64,000 nt of DNA, from contig JAMWBK010000005.1 of the NCBI GenBank assembly GCA_029953675.1, positions 1,302,001-1,366,000 on the forward strand, written 5' to 3'. The translations under genes and the position numbers were made by a program. Shown here one piece after another: positions 47,051 through 60,956 of this stretch. Position 1 is the first letter of the stretch; each line of letters begins with the position of its first letter. Below the pieces are notes generated by a model. The model made no database searches. It saw only the letters and a program-made list of their open reading frames with translations, and was not told the DNA's origin. The stretch comes from Rhodosorus marinus CCMP1338 (taxonomy: Eukaryota > Plantae > Rhodophyta).

Positions 47051-48502
47051 AACTACTCCAAAACTCAACTCCCAACAAACAAAACAAAACGAAAACCTTC
47101 AGCCTCTCCAGTACACTCCAACTACCATCTTCCGCTACTCTCCCCTCCACCTCCACTAACGAGAAGAGTAATTTGGCTGCTTAATCTGACCCCTTTTATA
47201 CCCGCTAAACTTCCGTCCCAGCTCATCTCTCACCCGCCACAAGCACCTGAAGTTTTTAAGACCATCGATTCCGATTTTTCCAGTCAAAAGTTTCCGTTTT
47301 TTGTTGAAAAAGAAAAGGGTCGGATCATTTTCCAGTCCTTTGGGGGAATTTGATGACCTCCCCAGGCTGTGTCGGCATGGACAGGAGAACTGAGAGCCCT
47401 TTTAGCCATGGAAGGGTCCTACGAAGTCTTTGAGGAAGTTTCTATGTGACCGTCTGTTCAGTGGTCATATATCTCCGAAGAGTACTGTTTTGTAGAGTTA
47501 GATATCGTCAGGTGGTGTCTTTGCCATTTTGTATTAGATGCTCAGCGCTGTGTGGATGAGGTTTATTTTGGAATGGCGTTCCCGTCAGAGATGCGTTGTG
47601 TAGAGCCCCCTTTCGTTGAAGATCAAGGTTGGCTTGTGTTTTGGTCCAATTTAAGTACAATGGGTAGCGACCCCCAAAGAGGAGCTTCCCAAATCCGTCC
47701 CTAGCGCTTGTCGTCGCGTGCTGGGAGATCTAGCTAAAATCGTTCGTGGGACAGGAAGCGAGGCTGATCCTCGTGCGATGACCTCCCAGTGGAAACACAG
47801 AATCGAGAGGAACACTGAAATGCCAATTCCAAAAACCATCCGGAAACTCTTGCCGGCCTTAAAGTAATACTTCACGGCACAAGTGCCCACTTCCATGTGC
47901 TGATAGAGTAGAACACCTCAAATCAAGTATTTCTAAAATACCTTTCCTAAGAACTAGTGACCGCTTTTGATCTAAAATATGTTCTTATGGAATATACGTA
48001 TTCTTTATATTAGATAATTGCAGTAAAGGCTTTTCTATTTTAGATACATTTCCACGTAGTTTGTCCTGCTCTTGGTAGGGTCTTGAGAATTACAGTTCGG
48101 TTTACGTTCACCATACACAATGGCCAGGGCTTGTAATAACCCAGCTGAATCCTTTTTTGGCTTTTTTAATTTTCACAAAACAAGTATCTGAGCATTTTTT
48201 GAACTCGCGGTAGGGGAGGTTCGGAACACTCGCAGAATGGCGTAGGAAATATCTTTCATCTTTTCAGGAAGTATTGAAACATCACATTCTAGTCATCGCT
48301 CTCTGATTGGATTAGCCAATCCTTAATTCGAAAGAGATGGATATAATTGGATGAAAAATATGATATAGGAGTACTAGAGTATTTGATTGGAGAAATTGCT
48401 TCCTAGAGCAAGTAAATAGCTGCGTAATTGGTTTATTAAGAGATTAGTAAAGAAGCAAGAACGGAAGCGAACCTTGTGGTATTCGAGATTGCTAGACCCT
48501 TC

Positions 48503-49581
48503 ATGTCCGAGCCACAGTTTAGGAATGAATACCTCCTTGAGGATGTAGCAATGTAGTCTTATCTTATCGTGTGGTTACCATCTCCTCTAACAGTGGTCAT
48601 TGTAGAAGCAAAGTGTCCCCCGCGCTTCAGAACAGACCCGCCGGAGAAAGCTTTGACTCATTTCGATAGACGACATGGGGAAGGGTATGTTGCAACTCTA
48701 CATGGTTCGGATTTCCGGAGAGGGCCATCCACTGGAGATGATGACGTGTACAACATGTGGATAGTCTGAGAGGTCTGATGTCTTCCGAGAACAGCTTGCA
48801 CTGCAGCGGGTACATCTGACGTGTTCGTGCAGGTGACAAAGAATCGATGAAGCCTGCTCCAGTGAAGCGTAAGAAGAACCGAGAGGGTATGCGAGAGCCT
48901 TAAACTTAACCCTTTTCAACAGATCAGACTTTGTGAATTCGCTAAGTACGGTCACGCTCTTGTAGACGCCCTTTACTCAAAGCCAGAACCGGATGGATCT
49001 GAAGCTGTGATGAGAGTTAAGAGCGCGCAGGGAGCTAACCTGTACATGCTCGAAGATACTTCAGCAGACACAGAGCTCTATGAATTGCCAAAAGCTCTCA
49101 GGTGTGGTTGGTCAGATAATCGTGGGTTTTGGGTGTTTGGTAGAGCTGACGTATATCCCTTCTTTGGCGCCCAAGGCACGTGTTGCTTATTCGACCCGGA
49201 AGCTACGTAATTGCTGGGAGGTATAACTCACCAACGAGCAAGGTTGTGGGAGAAATTTCACATGTACTTCTAAAGCAGCAAATTGATCACCTCGTACAAT
49301 CTGGGAAATGGTTTGGAAGGAATCGAAGGCTTTAGCAGCTTTGTTTGCATCTCGCAATTGTTTGACGGGAATCTGTACTTGGGCTCTGTTGCAGGCCTGA
49401 TAATTTCGCGAGCGTCGAGGACGGCTCGATAAGTACAGCGTCAAAGCAGCTGGCTGAGGACGAGGAGCAGAAGACAACCATTGTCGAAGAGGAAAGCAGC
49501 GATGATCTTCCTGAGAATACCAACCGGAGGCACTGGGATGTACAAGAGTCTAGCAGCGAAGATGAGAGTGACGAATCCTAG
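48503..49581 (+). CDS. Hypothetical multi-exon protein with an acidic C-terminal tail
   Basis: Candidate exons bounded by GT/AG: MSEPQFRNEYLLED, DKESMKPAPVKRKKNRE, DALYSKPEPDGSEAVMRVKS..., ADVYPFFGAQGTCCLFDPEAT and ...VQESSSEDESDES*. The model is not fully resolved. Confidence 0.45.
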
Positions 49582-51130
49582 GCACGTAGAGCTTCATGGA
49601 AATATCACCGCTAGTAATCCCAGACAACTGATTCAGTAGACATGAGCACACAGCATAGCTAGCTGTCGAACACAGGACTTTACGAGCATTAACGCATCTA
49701 CGATAAGGCGCAGTCAATTGCGCCCACAGCAGCAACTTACCGTGCCATACAATACGGCCGTAGGACAACTGACAAGGAAAGCTCCATACTAGTTCAACGA
49801 ATCCGAAAACGACACAAGCAGACAGCACAAAGAAACGGAAGATCCGGGCTGATCGGGATAAACCAAATGCGTCTTTCAACATTGCATTGTGTTCCGGAAC
49901 TAAACTGCGGGCTGCAAACCTTCTAGACTACAATGGGGTGCTCCTCAACAGCACCACTCTATCCCAAACTCGTTGCCTTCCAAAGACCCCTCGCCCTTGC
50001 TACAGTAACGCTTAATCATGCCAATTCGTTTACTATAAGTAAACCGATCAGTTAACAAAAATAAAATTCTCTGGTCCTACCATATGTTTAGCTAAAATAG
50101 TACCTTAATTAGGACCATTAGGGAGATGTGCGCCTACATGCCACGAGTCAAAGTTTCGGGGGTGTTAGGCTATCTAAGAGCGATCAGAAGCGTCGGGCAC
50201 TGACTTACGTGCGTGAGGCAGACACACAAGACATTGCCCTATTTGCCATACACATCGAGTTGTTTATTCAGAGAGCACAACTCTGAGAGGAAGAAGGCTA
50301 GGCTAAACTAAGAGAGCTTGCCCCGAAGACTAAGCTCGCATTGGAACGCCACGGCATGCCATACAACCGGCCAGAGTTATCACCGAGCTTCTTGGTCGTC
50401 ATCGCGCCGCGTGAGCATCCTTTTTATTTCCTAAATACATATCTTTTCTGGATGTTACCGCCAAAATTTTTAAAACGAAATCTGTATTTCGTTATCTATT
50501 CTCCAATTCACCAGTGCCAAAAAAACAAATAAAATGTACGCGATGTACAAACGCGGGCGGAGGATTCTCGGAGAACAATCACAGGAAGAAGCTCAGCTTC
50601 TGCAACGCCAAAGCATTAGGCTCGAAGCTTAGGATACAGAACTGGAAATTTCATGGCTCGCATGCCAGCCCACCCTCTCAGAAGCCCCGAGCGGAAAATT
50701 TGGGAGTTTTCCACTGCTTCGTGGTGAGGAGTTATCCTCAGGATGGGACGTAGAGGGGAAGCTCGGAATGAAACCAATTCTGCGGATGTGGCGTACCGGG
50801 GGGGGGGGTGGATTTGGAGGGACTCGGCTGGGAAATTGCTTTCGGAGCTGGGCAGTGGCACGTCTCAGTTTTCTGCTTGAATGTAGAGAGCAGCTGGTAG
50901 AGTCTTTGGAGTTCATTGGACTGAGTGGTTTGCTGTCTGAATTGAGATTGTTGTTCAGGCTTTCTTGGTGGTGGGGACTTCTAGCTTCTTCTTTCCGGAG
51001 GGGGAGAACGGAGGAGACTCTTTGACTAATAATGTTAAGTCGTTTTGAGGCTTTTGTCCATGGCGGTGCTCTTCTGAAGGATGTCAGCAACGTTCATAGG
51101 CGTTGTGGGCAAAGAAGAGCCTCTGTGTCC

Positions 51131-52074
51131 ATGCTGATCGGGAGAACGCTGCTGAACGCACCTCGTGTTGGCCAAAAATCTACTGGTCCAACTACAGAGG
51201 ACATAGCAGGTGAACTACAGGTGAGTAGAACTGATAAAAGTGTCACCTCATGTTTACGGCAGCTTGCTAAAGTCTCTTCGCCTTTTTATTTTTTTTTTAA
51301 TGCGGGTAGTCCCAAATAAAGTCCTTGTATGTGGAGTATCTGGACATTGAGGGCATGAAAGTTGACTACGATGCATTGAGGAACAGTGATGGGTTCAAGG
51401 AATACGAAACTCAGGCTCTGGGGCTGGTCGATACTGACCCCACCCGGCTGAACAGAGACCAGAGAATAGCATTTTTCGTCAACCTGTACAATGCCCTGAC
51501 GATCCACGGGATGGCTCGTGCGAAAGTGCAGCCGTCTAATTTGCCTTCGAGGTTGATTTTTTACTCCAAGACGTCCTACATGATTGGCGGTCAGCCCTAC
51601 AGCCTGAACGACATCGAGAACAACGTGTTGCGGGGCAACAAGCAGCAGGTACTAGACCCTTTGAAGTTGATGATATTCACTCCGTCAGATCCTCGATTTC
51701 GATCAATTGTTAATCCGCCTGACCCGAGGATTCACTTCGCCCTAAACTGCGGCGCCATGAGCTGCCCCCCGATTCGCTTCTACACTGCGGAGAACCTCGA
51801 ATTTGGACTTCAAGCATCAACTGAGAGCTTCATTGCGTCTGACGACAATGTGCGGATACTCCCACAGAGCAAGGTGGTCTACTTAAGCCAAATATTCAAG
51901 TGGTACAAGACAGACTTTGCGCCGTCGGGTGAAGATGTGGACCTGCTGAGCTGGGTACAGGCAAACGCTTCCTCTGATTCTGACAAGGCGAAGGAACTGA
52001 AGACCGTTCTAGACGCTGGGGAAAGCGTTGAGATAAAGTGGTTGGAGTATGATTGGAGCGTGAACTCGGTTTAA
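51131..52074 (+). CDS. DUF547 domain protein
   Basis: VDYDAL, AFFVNLYNALTIHG, YSLNDIENNVLRGN, DPRIHFALNCGAMSCPPI, YLSQIFKWYKTDF and YDWSVN; upstream exon ends GAACTACAG|GTGAGT. Start uncertain. Confidence 0.9.
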
Positions 52075-52185
52075 AGCTCGTGGTCGATCTCTTGGATATT
52101 GTTCAGCTGAGAGAGACTGTGCGACCACGACGACGCCGCGCGTTTTTTCGGATGTGTAAGTTCTAAGACTATTAGTACACGGTCT

Positions 52186-52983
52186 TTAATCAATTCTAAA
52201 ATTAGTTGTTGTAGGGGTGTTATTGTAAGGGTTATTTTGGACGTCGTCCTTGGGTTGACTTTTGCCAGCCTGCTCGTACGCCCTAAGCTGACAATTCTTA
52301 AAGTGCCATTCAGTAAATAGGGATAAAACATCGGTCGCCTCGGCCTCCGCGGAGCACTGTGAAAATTTGAAAACTGTTTCATCTACCAGCCTCTGCTTGC
52401 TGACCGTCCCGGACAGCCACCCAACCCAAAGCCCGTTCAGGGTGGACTTGAGCCGACTCCGCACGCCAGCCCTCTTTGCCTCGTTGCGCGTGACGAACTT
52501 CGCGGTCTGAAGAGTATACCGTAGGAAAAGTACTATCGAGCTTAGCTCCTGCTCGATTTCTTCTTCAGTTATGCCGAGGTTGATCAGCTTCTGCTTTCTC
52601 CGTAAAAACGCCATCTCTGCGGCGTCGATTGGCGACAGATCTGAGCTCTCCCAGTCGGCGCTCTGAGAGGCAGGCTCAACGTTGCTAGTACGAGGCCTCT
52701 TCCTGCTTCCGGACTCCTCGCTTGGATTTGGCCGTACCTCGCTCCTCGCCTGTGGCTGTTCATCCAGGTCGTCCCCTCCGGAGAGTGGACGAACTGGTTT
52801 CGTCATCTTCAAGGTCCTCCCCGCATCCCGTGTGACAAGCAGCACAGTCTTAAACTGGCTTGAATCCGGAATTTCCCTCGACCGACCCGAAATCTCCCTG
52901 CCACTCACTCCCTGATCCTGTGCAACCCGAGAGGGATCCCCCTTTACCACCCTGGCATCCTCCACACTCATCGCTTTACACAT
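52186..52983 (-). CDS. Hypothetical protein (disordered N-terminal region with an RKRPR NLS-like motif, helical C-terminal region)
   Basis: 265-aa ORF convergent on the DUF547 gene; no family recognised. Confidence 0.55.
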   Translation of the reverse strand: MCKAMSVEDARVVKGDPSRVAQDQGVSGREISGRSREIPDSSQFKTVLLVTRDAGRTLKMTKPVRPLSGGDDLDEQPQARSEVRPNPSEESGSRKRPRTSNVEPASQSADWESSDLSPIDAAEMAFLRRKQKLINLGITEEEIEQELSSIVLFLRYTLQTAKFVTRNEAKRAGVRSRLKSTLNGLWVGWLSGTVSKQRLVDETVFKFSQCSAEAEATDVLSLFTEWHFKNCQLRAYEQAGKSQPKDDVQNNPYNNTPTTTNFRID

Positions 52984-55900
52984 GCAAAAACAACACTATA
53001 CAACATCAAAAGACCACCGCGGACTAAGCACACAAGACGTACATACTCTGTACCCTTCTGTCCAGCCTACCGTTGTGACGCAATCTGTCCAACATACTCC
53101 CAAACCCTCCCTACCCCAATCTCCCCCGCCGACATCCAATACCAAGTACACGAACGCCTCCGCCCACCTCCTCCTCAACCAACCCCCAATTGTGACTTCC
53201 GACAACTTGGGCTGGCTTTTGTCCTGATGTACTCCTGCCTTCCAAACCATAACACTCATCCCCGTTTCGGATAAAAGTAAAATTTTTTCTGTTGAAAACC
53301 CCTTTCCCCTACAGCCGCTTTATTTCTACTTTTTTCCATTCGGAGACATAGCTGGAGAGGTTGACTTTCATGGACGCCAGATGTTGTCACCCCCAGGGGT
53401 TGGAGGTGGGGTGCGGGGGGGTAGGCAGGACGCCCTCCTCTGCCTCCTCAAAAATAGGCGACAGGAGAAAAAGACGAGGATAGAGAAAGAGAGACGCCCT
53501 GGGGAAACAAAATGTTTTAAAAAAAAGAAAAGAAGCCGAATGCAACAGCACATTTAACGCAAAAAAGTAAAACCAAAACGATAAGAAACCCTGGCTGCGA
53601 GAAATGGAGAGCAAGCGCTTTTTCCCTTACAACGTTTCGAATGGGAATAGTTTTTGCGGCTTCCAAAAAAAAATTCCAGCCCAGTTGGGATTGCGAAAAA
53701 AAATAAATCATAACTTTTAACAGCGATTCTGTTCTTGGTTCTCTTAATCCCTGACATCCACTTAGAAAAAGGGGTCAAAAAAGATCAACTAGGGATGAAA
53801 CCACCCCTTCCACCCTCAAACGCACCCCCCCCTGCTTGCTCCCGGTTAATATATTTTCCAAAAAAGGCTAATATTGAAAATACGTAATAAATAGAGTCAT
53901 CGTTGACAGAAAGTATTTTCTTTTCTTTTACGTGTTTTTAGATGAATGTTGCTATTCTTCTATAAATCCTGTAATAATAATTTTTTTCTTCGAAGATATC
54001 AATCTTGGAACGGGTGTTTTTCGTCCTGGGTGGGTATTTTTATTTATTTTTCTTCCCAACGACTCAGGTGATTGGATGCATCGATGAATTTTATTCACAA
54101 TAAATGAAGGTCCGCTCATCTGTCTCCATTTCACTGTCAGAACCTTCTCCTCACAACAGATGAAAAAAAAAACAAAACGGGGACTTTTCTTTTTTTTTGG
54201 AAACAGAACGGGTGTGGGAGGGAGGGGGTCCCACAACCGAACGGGAATGTTTGTACTTTTTTTGGAAACAGAGAGAGAGTAAGCGGTCTGGAGGGAATTT
54301 CTTGCTGGCCCTATATTAGAAACTATATAATCATTTGCCAAGATATTTTTTTTTTGTTTTTCCAATTCACGCTTTGAACTTTCGCGATTGAGGGTTGGTG
54401 GCGTTTTCGAAATGGGTCTGGGTCAATGATGCCACAGATATTCTAGTACGAGAATCGGGGAACATCTCATTTTTAAGGTCCTCCTCACCGTACCGTGAAA
54501 AAATGAATATTGTGGAAGTTTCGAGGGTGGACAAAAATAAAATCCAAAACCTTGTGAGGAGACACGCTCTCTGGGCCTCGTCATTCATCGGGTTCTTTTC
54601 TTTTCCCAGCTATGGAATAATATAGGGCAAAGTACTCCATTAGATGGAAATCAAGGGGGTACGGAGGACTCAAATGGATACAAAATTTGGGGATTTTTTT
54701 TTGAGTCCGTTGACAAGGATAGAGAGCGCGCTGAATAAAAAACAAACGCATAGACCCAGGGGAAGATCTATGCGTGACATGCCAATACGTATTTTTGCAT
54801 AAAATAACATAATGAATTAAGATTCTCTCACAATGGTAAAACTTTCCTAATTATCTTACCGAAGAGTCCTTAACTTGATAGGTGTAACCACACCAATAGA
54901 CAATATTACTTCATAAAATCAAGTTTTCTTCAACGGACGGTTAAAAAATGGGGCAGAAACCTCCCCCTCCTGAATACAAACCTCCGGGTTTAGTTTTCAA
55001 AATATACTAATATTTAGAAGGGAAACCGGAATCTTCACATTATCCCCTCTGCGAATTTATTTCTCCGACATTTCGAGAGTACGTTCAACCAATCATTCTT
55101 GACCTGGCCCGGAAATTAATAATTTATTTCTGAAATTCTTTATTAAGAGTTTCACATTTTAACAATTTTTCTTTGAAAATCCAGTTCCAGGGCACCAAGT
55201 GAATTCTTTAATTTTTGTGCGTATCATTAAGCAGTATGTGCACAAACAAATGAAATCAAACCATGGATTTTATTCACTTTTGAGGCTGTCTATTTTTTTT
55301 TTTATGGTTGTTTTTTTGGAAGTGACCGAGTAGTAGTCACAAAACTGGTAGCACGGTGGCAGCAGAAAATTAGGGAAGGGGAGCACCGAATGGTAGGGTT
55401 GCTGATCATTGGATTAAGCGGGGCTTCGTCGCCCGCTCATGGTGATAATGAAAAACTATTCTTTTTGGTTTATCACAACGGTCTCGGCGAGCTGAGACTA
55501 GTAGCACAGCCACGCCGGCCACGATAATGTCGTGTACCGTCGTCTTGTCCTCTCTTGTTTTTGCGTCCTACAAGAAAGCGCATTTATGGGGTGGTAGCGT
55601 ACCTTAATTCACATGTTGACTGAAGCCAATAGTTGTAGCTACAGTCTGGACTTTATCAGAAACTAGAAATCCTTACGCGTACATTTGCTGTGTGGTGGCC
55701 GGCTCCGTTGGTTACGAAATCTATTGGCAACTAACGATGCAGAAGCGTGAGGAAGAGAATTTTCTTTACGTGATCGTTTCCTGAAATTCAAAAATATTTA
55801 CTGTGCAGCAACATGATCCTTGAAGCTTACCATGATGTCAGGAACCCATTCGCTCGTAACGTGTCCCCAACGACAGGGACGAATGACTAACGTTGGTTGG

Positions 55901-57283
55901 GACCCTGCGCTTCGTTCGTCGCTATGCTCTCGAGAGCGTAAAAAAAGGCTGACTACTACTGGATATTGTGAGGCTTGAAAACTGCTCCCATAGCTCCGGG
56001 CATGTCGGCAGCGTTGCGTTCTATCTTCATTGCTGCTTTGGCATGTCAGAGAAATGCGTAATGTTGCCTGTGGATTGATGGTTCCAAGGAGCTCAGCTTT
56101 GAGTTCCTCTTAAAGCGGAAGAACTCCCGTTTGGACAATGCTCAGTTTCCTTCAATACACCGCTGCCACTGCGAATGAATGTATGTCGTTCACCTCCATT
56201 CGGCATGAGTTCATATGAAAGGACAAATTCGGACGGAAGGAGCTGAGGGTCGTATTTATCGGCGCTGATTTTTGAAGTCACGATCAAAGTTTGGTCATGT
56301 TGGTCCAAGCTCAGCCGAGTTTGCTCGTCAAAGCACACAGTGGGAAAAAAAAAATGCAGCTGGAGCTGTGTATGAATACGCGGAAAGTACTACCTCAACA
56401 GATTAGGTCTTCGTTCATCTTCCGGAAGACAAGGAGCTTCTTTAATGGCTCTGACTCAAAACACCGCACGGTGAAGAGGGATGGCTTTCCTTCAGAAGGC
56501 AAGAGTTGCCTTTTTCATCAACAGAGCAAAGATCAGGAGTGACCAGAATGGGCTCGAGAAACCCTAAAAACGTCATGACCTTCTTGAAGCCAATTGAATC
56601 AACACGTAGCTAAAGCAAAATATTACTACAAAAAAATTGAGATGAGTGTCTGCCCCCAATCTGTCCGTGTCCCTTGAAAGACGAAATGTAGAATATCAGA
56701 ATCCATGAAAATGCTCAATTTCGATCAAATCGGACGTGACGCGATTTTAAATAGGAAACATGAACGGAAATCAAAATTCTGCCATTAAAGTAAGCTTTTA
56801 ATGCACGCTGATTGGGTTTGCACTTTTACAGCTTGGCAGTCAATAAACTGATCTGTTGAGAGTTGTGGAGTTACCGAGTCTCGAGGTTCTGATGTACCAG
56901 CTGGCGTGCCTGTTGGCGTCACTTGCTTGATGTATTGGCGGATCAAAATGTGCAATTTGTGCTAGTTCTTCTTTTTTTCTCAAACGCGGTTTCGCTGTTC
57001 CCTGTCAAGGGAGATGCATCAACACGCGCCAGTCGGGTCTGTCCACGTCGCGAGCATGATGATGTGCTGAGCTTCTTAATGAAGCCTAACCCCCCGAGAG
57101 CAGCCGCTATGGATTTGCAGAGCTTAGGCGTCTCTGCATGGACCCAGCTAGACTTTCAACGCCGATCTTTTTTCTAGCACAGCTAGATCCAGAGAGATTT
57201 GCTTAGGTACGATGTCCATACTCCCACCACTCCCCCTCTCCCCAAAGTGATCTATGACACCCTCGTTAGGTGGGAGCCAGTCC

Positions 57284-58452
57284 ACTTACACCGGCGAAAC
57301 AAGAACAAAACAGAATGAAGAAACTGACGAGTTCCAGTTCCTCAAAACAGAGTTTTTTCATAACCACGTTTCTCTCCTACACTCTCTACCTCTCAATTGT
57401 GCTGCAGCCAGAACGGAACCCCCCCCACAAGATTTTTTCATCTCTGCCAACTAGCCTCTGCAGCTTGCGGTAATCCAGCCAAGCCCGCGAAAAGCCCAAT
57501 CCTGCTCCCCCATTTTTCCTAAAATAGAAAGACACCCAGCCTTTCAAGAACAAAGGAAAATCAATTACCTTTCATTTTGATTTGCAAGGGCGAATAGGGG
57601 TGGGTGTGTTGGGGTCCAACGATTCAATAAGGTTTAGAAACTTTTATTATTATAAGACAGAATAGATCCTGTACATGTTAATTACATTCAAACTGACCCC
57701 TGGTAAGACTCTGCTTTAAGAAAGCGATCTCTGACTGGATAAATATTGTCGAATTTTATTTATATTGTACTTTTGCGTTGTAATTGTATTTAGAAAAAGA
57801 TTGTTTGGAATCTGGGCTTCCGGGATGGACTCCTGTGGGGAGGGATCTGGTGATCCCCTATATTGAATGAATTTGTTCAATCGGAGACTGAAGCAAAAAA
57901 AAACCAGAAGCAAAAAAAGGCCAAGCGCGGCTAGAGCGCGCACCTCCAACATCAAAGCAGCGTTCATACGCCACAGCAAGAAACTTAAACGCGTAAACTA
58001 GGACAGACGGTCAGGGCGTTTGCGGAGCAATTTCTGAAGCCGACGAGAACCAACGCAATCCATAAACCCGAAGCACTCAATGACCAGAGGGACCAGGCGA
58101 TGAGCTATGTTAGCGTCATAGAACCGTCAGAACGGTGATTGGACACGCGTCCGATAGATTTAGTGTTTTCATGCGACCGTCCGATATCGTTTCGAAGGGG
58201 ATAGACTATTGAAAAACAGTATAAATGTACTGGGTGTCTAGTTGAAGCTCTTCGCCAAAAACAGGTCCGAAGAAAGCGCAGGGTCTTATTCCTTCGTCCC
58301 TGTCGTTGTTGATCCAAGGCTACCGCCAGAACGGCGGCAGCGCACTTGAGAGGTAGAGAGTATAGGAGAGAATGGTGGTTACGAAAAAACTCTATTTTCG
58401 CTAACTCGTCAGTTTCATCATTCTGTTTTGTTCTCGCTTCGCCGGTGTAAGT
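57284..58452. repeat. Diverged inverted repeat pair (about 57284-57415 and 58330-58452)
   Basis: acttacaccggcgaa.c.agaacaaaacagaatga.gaaactgacgagtt...ctctctacctctcaa..g.gctgc occurs in both orientations. Confidence 0.9.
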
Positions 58453-59385
58453 GGCCCGTCCGATAAATTGTCCGATATTCAATCAACGTTTGTCTACTAA
58501 TCCCTCATCTCCGGTCCAGCCATTGAATCATGATTGCTTCTCGGTATAACAATCATGTTTACTTCTCGGCATGGCAAGCTGCTATTATCATGCAATGAAT
58601 CATGACCATGCAATCTGAATACAGACTGGCAGTGGTAGCCTAACAGATTACTTCTGAACTCGACTGGCTGCCATAACATTGGTTGAGAAAGCAAAAGTCA
58701 CGATTGTGATCCCCCGGAAAGAGGTACTGATAATCTCGCGTAGATTGATGCAAATGAAATCCTAGTCGAGTCGGTCAAAATACCAGGAACCGAAAAAGAT
58801 GAAAACAATAGTTGAAAAAGTTCGAACACAATCGGTCGTTATCGGACCGTTTATCGGACGAAACCTTGTTTTCTCTTTTCCATTCAGGTCCGATAAAGTC
58901 ATATCGGATGCCCAGCTACTATTATTGCTGAATACAGGTCTGATAAACGTTTATCGGACGTAATCGGACGTTTTTATCGGACGGAGATGACAACGGTAAT
59001 ATATAGAATCATGATTATTTATCCGAATGACAAGCCGCACCTGTCACTCTCACCTATTGATTGATTGAATGAGGTTGACGTTCTCAGCTCCCACAGACCG
59101 TCATACGCAATCCAAGAACGATTATCTGGTAAATTGAGAACCACGCAGTCCCCAAGAAGAAGATTGAATTGCAATCAATATTTGTCATTGATTGAAGAAT
59201 ATCGGACACCACAAATCGGCCCTTATCGGACGAACCACGATTTGTTCTTATTTTTTATGGAGGTCCGATAAAACCGTATCGGACACTGCGCCAGAAGCTA
59301 AACTTTCTAATTGTTCCTTAATTTCATGCCCGATGTTTAATGGACAATATCGGACGTTTTTATTGGACAGAAAATGACAACGCCT
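58140..59385. repeat. Cluster of GTCCGATA/TATCGGAC motifs including 8-6-8 palindromes; two diverged direct copies (58830-58996, 59200-59385)
   Basis: GTCCGATAaagtcaTATCGGAT, GTCTGATAaacgttTATCGGAC and GTCCGATAaaaccgTATCGGAC, plus more than ten single motifs. Confidence 0.85.
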
Positions 59386-60956
59386 TATCTCTATTTTCGA
59401 GCGGTTTAGATGGGAGCGGCTCGGGCTCTCTCAAACTCACAAAAGTTGTTGAATTGGTTCAGGAGCTGGGCGTGCATCTCTTCTGGGAAAGTTTTCTTAC
59501 CTGGATGGTTTTTCAGGGTATAGGGATCTTGGGGTTCTCCTTGAATACCAGGGGTAAATCCCTGGCTACTCCGTGGAGAACCCAAAGATCTCAACACTTC
59601 AACGTGGGCGCTACCTTCTTTTCGTTTTTGTCGAAAACGTGGATATGGTTCAGAACCCATCGCCCACAATGAAAACTGTTGGATACGGCATTGAAGGTCG
59701 ACCTTGTTGTCCTGTTGTACATACCCTTAAGCGACGTTGTGAAAGCATTATCCTGCACAGTGAATTTTGGTTTGGTTAGCTTTGATAATACCATGCTTCC
59801 ACACCTTGAGCCCCGAGTCATCCAAGCCGTGTATGCTTTTATGAACTTGAGAAAATTTGCTCGCTCAACTCTGGGCGGGACGTAGCCCATAGCTGTTGTG
59901 TTTCCCGGCCTTCTACGTGATATGCATGAACGTTTAGAACGTGTAGAGTGCATTTGGAACACCTACTCTTCGATACAAGGTTACACAAGCCTATTGCTCC
60001 CTCAGATGTGATCTGGGAGGACGAAGCACCACTTGCTCAACGTGATGCTGAGAACGGGTGATTGCCTACCGGAATAGCCATACCCGTACCCTTCCAATGA
60101 GTTGGCTTTGGTCTTGCTTGGATCACGACCTCCGGTGTCTATCCATCCTCGCAGACATAAGGATTCAGAAAAAACTGCAATCTCTGTAGGAACTCTTTGT
60201 CTTCGTACCATGTCTTTCCAAGAGAGAGCCGGCATCGAAGAGGTTCAGGCCGATACATTAGCTTTAGTGAGTAAGCTGTTGCAAAAGCCTCCATCTACAG
60301 AGCTGTGGTTTCGTCCTCAAGAGGAGCTCATTACGACCCCTCACATGGATAAACTCGTCCACGCGTGCGGGATCGTCTCTGTTTGGGAAATTCGTCGAAA
60401 GCATACTGGCAAGTGAGAGCTTCTCCTCTAATGCATGCAGTGTACGGCAGGAATTCTCTACCCCCGGTGTGGACCTAGTACTGGTGAAGAGGGGTTTGAT
60501 CGGTGTTCCCTACAATCCCGGTTTCAACCAAACATGCTTCGCTGGCCTGGGCGTTGGGACCGTGGCGAAGTCGCGGAATTACACACTTCCAACTTGCCAA
60601 CTTCATCCGGAAACTTGAAAATTTTCCCATTGATGATTGGCCAGCACCCACAGGATTCGAATTTTGATGCTCAAGACTCGTCGGAACCTAAGTGGCCATC
60701 CAACGCGCAAAGGCCAAAGCCAAAGCCCCTAAAATCTACTCACGTGGATGACTTAGAGAGTCAACTAAGCACCTGGGTGTCAAGTTAAGATTCAAGTACT
60801 GCACGCTGCGTCTTTTCGAATTCCCCCACTCATCAATTGCCGATCAAAAAACAGAGCAGGTCTCCTTTCGGGCTTCGATGTTTTCGCATATGTACTTAAT
60901 TTTTTAATTCTACCATCATTTCATAACATACTCGTTGACCTGGCCGGGGCCAAAGT

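Noticed and set aside
58140-59385. CRISPR array
   Set aside because: The repeats are 8-bp half-sites in both orientations at irregular spacing, with no constant repeat-spacer period, no cas genes, and a eukaryotic context.
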